Origin: Phaeosaccion multiseriatum
Taxonomy: Eukaryota; Protista; Ochrophyta, other classes
Direction of reading: 5' to 3'
Length of the DNA: 64,000 nucleotides
Assembly (NCBI GenBank): GCA_965112735.1
Contig: OZ218963.1
Location: forward strand, 2,852,001 to 2,916,000
In this document: one piece after another, positions 58,801-64,000 of the stretch
Position numbering within the stretch: the stretch's first letter is position 1
How the letters are laid out: the number at the start of each line of letters is the position of its first letter
Notes under the pieces: generated by a model
Database searches by the model: none
Told to the model about the DNA's origin: nothing
The model's input: the letters and a program-made list of their open reading frames with translations, nothing else
Program-made: the position numbers and the translations under genes

Positions 58801-61800
58801 GCGCTCACGCCTCTCTTCCACTCTTCTCTCTTCCTCTCCCTCTCTCTCTTCCTCTCCCTCTTGTTGCTTGCGCAGGTGGCTGCAGAGATGTGCGAGCATT
58901 TGACCCACTTTGGAAAGCCCGGTGCACCCCAACCCTCAACCATCATGGCTTGTGTGCCGAGTGAGAAGGCGCAGCAGGCTGCTCTCGAGAAGGTCAGGGA
59001 GGGGTCAGACAGCAAGGCTCCTTCTGCCATCACCGTGACCGAACAGGACCTTCTCGATGCCGTCCAAGAGGCGGTAGAGGAGGAGGTGAAGCCTCCCTCG
59101 GACATTGAGGTGGGTTACTGTATTGCCATCCATTACTAAACGCACCCATCTATTGCCATCTCTTTCTAGACCCCCTCCCACTACCGCTCATCCCCACACG
59201 CCCTCCCTAATACTCCCGTCCACTCCCCGAAGGTGCCTATGAGCTTCTACAGCCCGGACGAGCTCCAGCAGCTGATCACCAAGTACAACCCTCATTGGGT
59301 GCCCTTTGTGGACAAGGAGACGGCACGCAAGTCTCGCGTGGAGGGTCAGCCTGAGCCCACACCCGAGCTCATGGCCAAAGACGAGAGCACTCAGGTGGTG
59401 CAACGCAAGCTCTCCAACGGCATTAGCGTCAACATCAAGTCTTCGCCCTATGAGATTCAGAAGGGGTACATGCGCGTTGTCGTGCCCGGTAAGAACGAGG
59501 AGATGGCAGGAGAAGGAGGAGGGGGAGGAAGAGGAGGTGGACGACGACGACGACGAGGACGACGATGAGGAAGACGAGGAGGGGGGGGAGGCGTGAGGAA
59601 TGGTTGCAGGTGGCAGGGGCACTAGTTGTGAGAAGAGCTATTGATCGCGTGGAGGATGGGGGAAGGGGGAAGGTGCGCTCTGCTGCTGGTTGTCATGTTT
59701 CCCTCGAACATGTTCAGCAGAGTTTTTGCTGGCCTGCCTCCCTCCTCCTGACGCCCAACTCATCACTCTTTCTCTCTCTGATGCTTGCTTGCTTGCCTCC
59801 ATCCGTCTCCTGCTGTCCTCCTCTCTTCTCTCTCTCTCCTCTGCTCTCCTCTCTGCTATGTACCAGGGGGGCGATACCTCGAGAACATCTTCGGTAGCGG
59901 GGCGGTGGCACTGGGGGCCCGCGCCATGCAAGAAGGCGGGGCGTTCGGCAAGTTCGAGAGAGAGCAAGTGGAGCTGTTCTGCATCGACCATTTGCTCATG
60001 GTCACTATAGACACCAATGAGGTAAGTAAAGTAGACGGGAAATGCAAATGCGTGCAAACAGCGGAGAGGGAAGGCGGGCGAATATGCAAGCAAAGGAGGC
60101 AAAAAGATTTCGCTCTTCCCCTTGCATCGTCCAAATGGTTCCCCATTTCCACACACTGATTTTTGCGCTTTCGCTTGCTTCCCTTCACATCACGCGTCTC
60201 AATGCTGCATCATCTGTTGCCATCTCTGCCCCACCCCCCCCTTCAGGATTTCTTGCACCTGGACTTCACCTTCCCCACCAACAAGATTCACGAGATCGAC
60301 AGAGAGGACAGAGAGGGGCTCTTGCCAGAGGAGGAAAGCGAAGACGAAGACACGTTGACAGGCATGGAGGCAGCCTTCCAGGTGTGCAGTTAGTTCAGTT
60401 AGTTGCTACTTGGTGGGAATAAAGAAGCCACTCGATCCATCCATCCCGTATGGTCACGCACTCACTGACCAGCCACGATCCGTAGTCACACGCTCTCACA
60501 CTCACATACTCCGCCCACCACCGTGCTCTGCTCGTCCTTTCCTTTTAACCTACTGCTCCGACGGCGGTTTGCGTTTCAGCTCATGAATGCGGTGCTGACG
60601 GGCATCGAGTGGGAGGAGGATGCGCTGAACAGAGCCCGGCGAGGCATGTACCAAAACAACGAGTTCACGCTCAAGTCTCTCGAGGCCACGTCCTGCCAAC
60701 AGCTCATGAACAGGGTACGTTACTTACATACATATGTATTTACTCAACGTGTATGTGTAAAGGATATGCACTACTTAGGGGATTTGTGCTGCGGCAGAGC
60801 CGTTGGTGATAAACGTTTTTTTTTTTTTTATCATGCTGATTGCGATACGCACTCCTTACGTACTCCTTACGCGGCTCCGTCTGTGCACCGGTACTGCCCC
60901 CCCCCCCCTCCTCCTCCCCCTCCCCTCTCTGTGCTGGGCATTACTGCACAGATGTCCGGCGGCGACGAGCGTTTCGTGTGCGTGCCTCGCGAGGTGGTGA
61001 GTGGCGTGACTCTGGAGCAGGCCAGACACAGCATCGAGGCGCAGCTCACCACAGACCTCATGGAGATATCGCTGGTGGGGGACTTTGAGGTGCCGGAGGT
61101 GGAGGACCTCATCCTTAAGGTACGCAGCAGTTGATGATACAGCGACAGCAGTGACAGCAGTTGATTATAGACTGGTGATACAGTGACAACGGTGATACAG
61201 CAGCAGTAAGCAGTTGGTGATCACGTAACGGCAGTGACAGTAGCAAATTAAGGTTCGAAGTGATGATGCTGACTGACCCGGACCCCCGCCCGCCTCTGTC
61301 CGCCGCTGTCTCCGCCTGCGTGGCACCCATCCCCTCTCCCCCCTCGCACCCCCTTCTCTATCTCTCTGTCCCTTCTTTCTCCCTCTCTCCTGCCTGTCCC
61401 TCTCCGTCCTTCTCTGTCTCTCTCTGTCCTTGTCTCTCTCTTTCTCCCTCTCTCCCTCTCTCTGACTCTGTCTCTGAGTAGTACCTCGGTACTATTCCGC
61501 CCAGCGTGAGGGCCCCGGAGCTCATGCCCGGCAAGGAGAAGATCCCCCAAGCCAAGGTTCGTTACGTTGGGAACCCAAGCCCAAAGCTTCAAAGCTTCAA
61601 CATGACACTCAGTTGCAGACTCTGGTTGCAAAGGAAACCATGCTCGTCCTCCTGGGTTGGGAAACCGAAACTGAACGGCGAAAAGCGACAACCAACTCTA
61701 CCCCCCCCCCCCCCGCCCGCCCCTCCGCCGTGCACTTGCGTCAGGACCCTGCTTCGAGGCACCTGGCTGTTCACTTACTGGACAGTGATGAGCGCGCGGT

Positions 61801-63264
61801 GGCCTACGTGGCCGGAAGTATCCCCAACCGTTGGGGACTGACGGAGGAAGGGGTGGACGTGGGGGAGGAGCTGATCAAGGAGGTGCGTACGTAGCGATAC
61901 GTAACGATTGCTCGTACATGAGAGCATGATGGGGCTGGGGTGGGGTGGGGCTTGCTGATCAAGGTTGTTACATTTACATCAAGCACCAACCCCCGGAAGC
62001 GCTATACCAAGTACAAGTAGTAGTAGCTGGGGAGGGGTGGCCGGTGCAGGCCGATTCCTCTTGTGGGGCAAAGGTTGCTAGAAGATGATATGGTGTTAGA
62101 CGAGCGTTTCACTTGGGGCAAAACGTGTGTTCAGATGAGGGAAGATTCGTGTGTCGACACACCATCTTCGCACGCACTCGTTAACGCCCCCGCCCTCGCC
62201 CCCCCCGCGCCCCTCACCCCCTCCAAACACACACAAACACACACACGCACGCACAGGCACGAACACGCCGAGTGAAGGAAGACCCTCTCCGATCGCACCC
62301 CATGTTCGCCTCTGCCGTGCTGTCAGTGTTCCGGGAGGCAGTCAACCGACGGCTCTTCTCCGTTGTGCGTGAGCAGAAGCGTCTCACCTACGATGCGAAC
62401 CTCAACCTCACGAGCTTTGAGCGCCTTTTGGGCAGTTGGTACCTCATTACTGTAACGGCCAACCCCGAGAATAAGGAGAAGGCGTTGCAGGCGTGCAAGG
62501 ATATTATGGAGTCGTTAACAACAACCTTCCCCATTACCAACGACAATGTGGAGAGCACCAAGCGAGTGCTCATCAATCGACAGGAGAATGACGTGAGGAA
62601 TAACTTCTTTTGGGGAGAGCAGATGAGCGGCATTCAGATGGACTGCATACCCAACAAGGATATCAGCTGCCTTAGGGATTACCCTCACGTTGTCAACAGG
62701 TTAGTGTGTATGTATGTGTGGCCAGAGGGGGGGAGGCGCCGGAATGGGAATGTTTTTGTTTAAAGGCTCGTTGCGCCTGCCTGTACGTGCACCTCCTCCC
62801 TCTCTCTCTCTCTCCCCTTGCAGCTAGCAAGCCATACCCTCTCCCTTCTTCTCTCTTGCCATACCCTCTCGGTTGACTTGAGCTCTGAATAGGGCGTGAT
62901 CTTGTGACCTTTGCGCCCTCTTGGGCTGCTTTGCCTCCCACTCTCTCGCCCACCCCTCCAAACTCCGCAACCCCACCTCGACCCTCACCCCCACTCCCTC
63001 TCTCTCCTTCTCCTCGTGCTGCTGCTCTGCTTTGCTTGTCCGCTCTCTCTGTATGTGTGTTTTTGCCCCTCTTGCTTTCACTCTTACTTACGTAGTGTGA
63101 CGAAGGAGGATATTCAAGTGCTGATGAAATACATCACCTCCGAGCCGAATGAAGTGTTCACATGCATTGGTACCAGTGGCGGGCTGGAGAGGGAGGATGA
63201 TGATGTTGCCCCGTCAACCGTGGGCTTCCGAACGGGAGGGAGCACTATGACGCTGATGCATTAG
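52879..63264 (+). CDS. SPP: Plastid stromal processing peptidase (M16 metallopeptidase), about 20 exons
   Basis: Signal peptide LLLLLLPLAGLIGFAH plus transit-like region; GQLDNGLR/YIILPN..P.RFDAHLEV..GS.DE...Q/GMAHLTEHVAYMGSKKREKL.GTG..TNAYT/DFHHTVF; LHAENMLSRRFPIGKEE; NRRLFSVVRE..RLTYD. Confidence 0.93.
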
Positions 63265-63639
63265 ACGCATTTGAATTAGGCCCCCTCTTGTACGTTCTAT
63301 TTATATATAACACCTTCTCTTCGCACAAAGTAGAGATGAAAGTGGGATGCTGCTGCGTGCTGCTCTATGTGGTTGGAGGATTCCACACGGGCAGAAGGCC
63401 GGGCCATGGAGCGATGTGTATCCAAATGTCTATATCTCTCACAGCTATGTTCTGTTCTCGTACCACCACCAGACCAACACAATTGTGCCCCTCGGCCAAC
63501 AGCTTTTGAGCTTCCTGTCGTCGTTGGCGTGGCCACCAGTCACCAGTGGTCCCGCTCCTTGCCCTGACCACCTTTGGGCTCTGCAAAGCTTTGGAGAGGG
63601 ACACTTGCTGACGCCGCGGGCCGGCCGATTCCTCCTCAG

Positions 63640-63830
63640 TCGACCCCTGACACACTATCCGCTATCCGCTATCGCCGGCGCCAGCCGGCGCGCTATCCGC
63701 TATCGGCCGGCGCCAGCCGGCGCGCTATCCGCTATCGGCCGGCGCCAGCCGGCACGCTATCCGCTATCGGCCCCCGGGGGCGCCGATAGCGCGCTATCGA
63801 GAATGTGGGCGATAGTGTGTCAGGGGTCGA
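63640..63830. mobile_element. TCG-family MITE, subfamily A, 191 bp
   Basis: Perfect 20-bp TIR tcgacccctgacacactatc / gatagtgtgtcaggggtcga; 6-bp TSD CCTCAG on both sides; internal tandem of gctatccgctatcggccggcgccagccggc. Confidence 0.92.
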
Positions 63831-64000
63831 CCTCAGGGGTACTAAAAACTAGAAATTTCAATTTCACAGTAAAGAAACACAAGCTGCATGCCCAGGGCAA
63901 CGGCCTCGACTCGTCCCTCTGCGACAAACCCCCGTCCCGTGGAAGGGAGTCCCAATCACGAAATGTTACAAGGACCCAAAGTTTTTGTTGCGCTCCCGTT

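Overview
GC-rich, gene-dense, intron-containing eukaryotic nuclear DNA. It is probably a photosynthetic stramenopile (ochrophyte); this is inferred from bipartite plastid presequences, GH16 glucanase and PMP-like 7TM gene types, and microsatellite-filled introns. About 17 protein genes can be traced by hand-splicing: a CAMK-type kinase (3' end only), a triple-GH16 membrane glucanase, CSL4, a class I HDAC, a YkvP/CgeB-like glycosyltransferase, CIA1, prefoldin 5, ATG16, ARL8, a sulfotransferase with an in-frame stop, a catalytically dead lumen-targeted GPx-like protein, an acidic membrane protein, a PMP-repeat/7TM protein, NOL9/Grc3, a DUF924-TilS fusion, a giant ARM-repeat protein and the plastid stromal processing peptidase. 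The main non-genic signal is a set of small non-autonomous DNA elements (5 complete, 3 partial) with termini TCGRCCCCWGAC...GTCWGGGGYCGA and 6-bp target-site duplications. They form at least four subfamilies, each with its own subterminal repeat, and I cannot assign them to a known superfamily. Other signals: a palindromic TE nest at 27.2-28.7 kb, a G:U-biased long hairpin near 8.8-9.07 kb, and strand-polarised splice-signal-like tetranucleotide repeats in introns. I recognised no rRNA, tRNA or CRISPR array. All exon boundaries were read by eye and are unverified.
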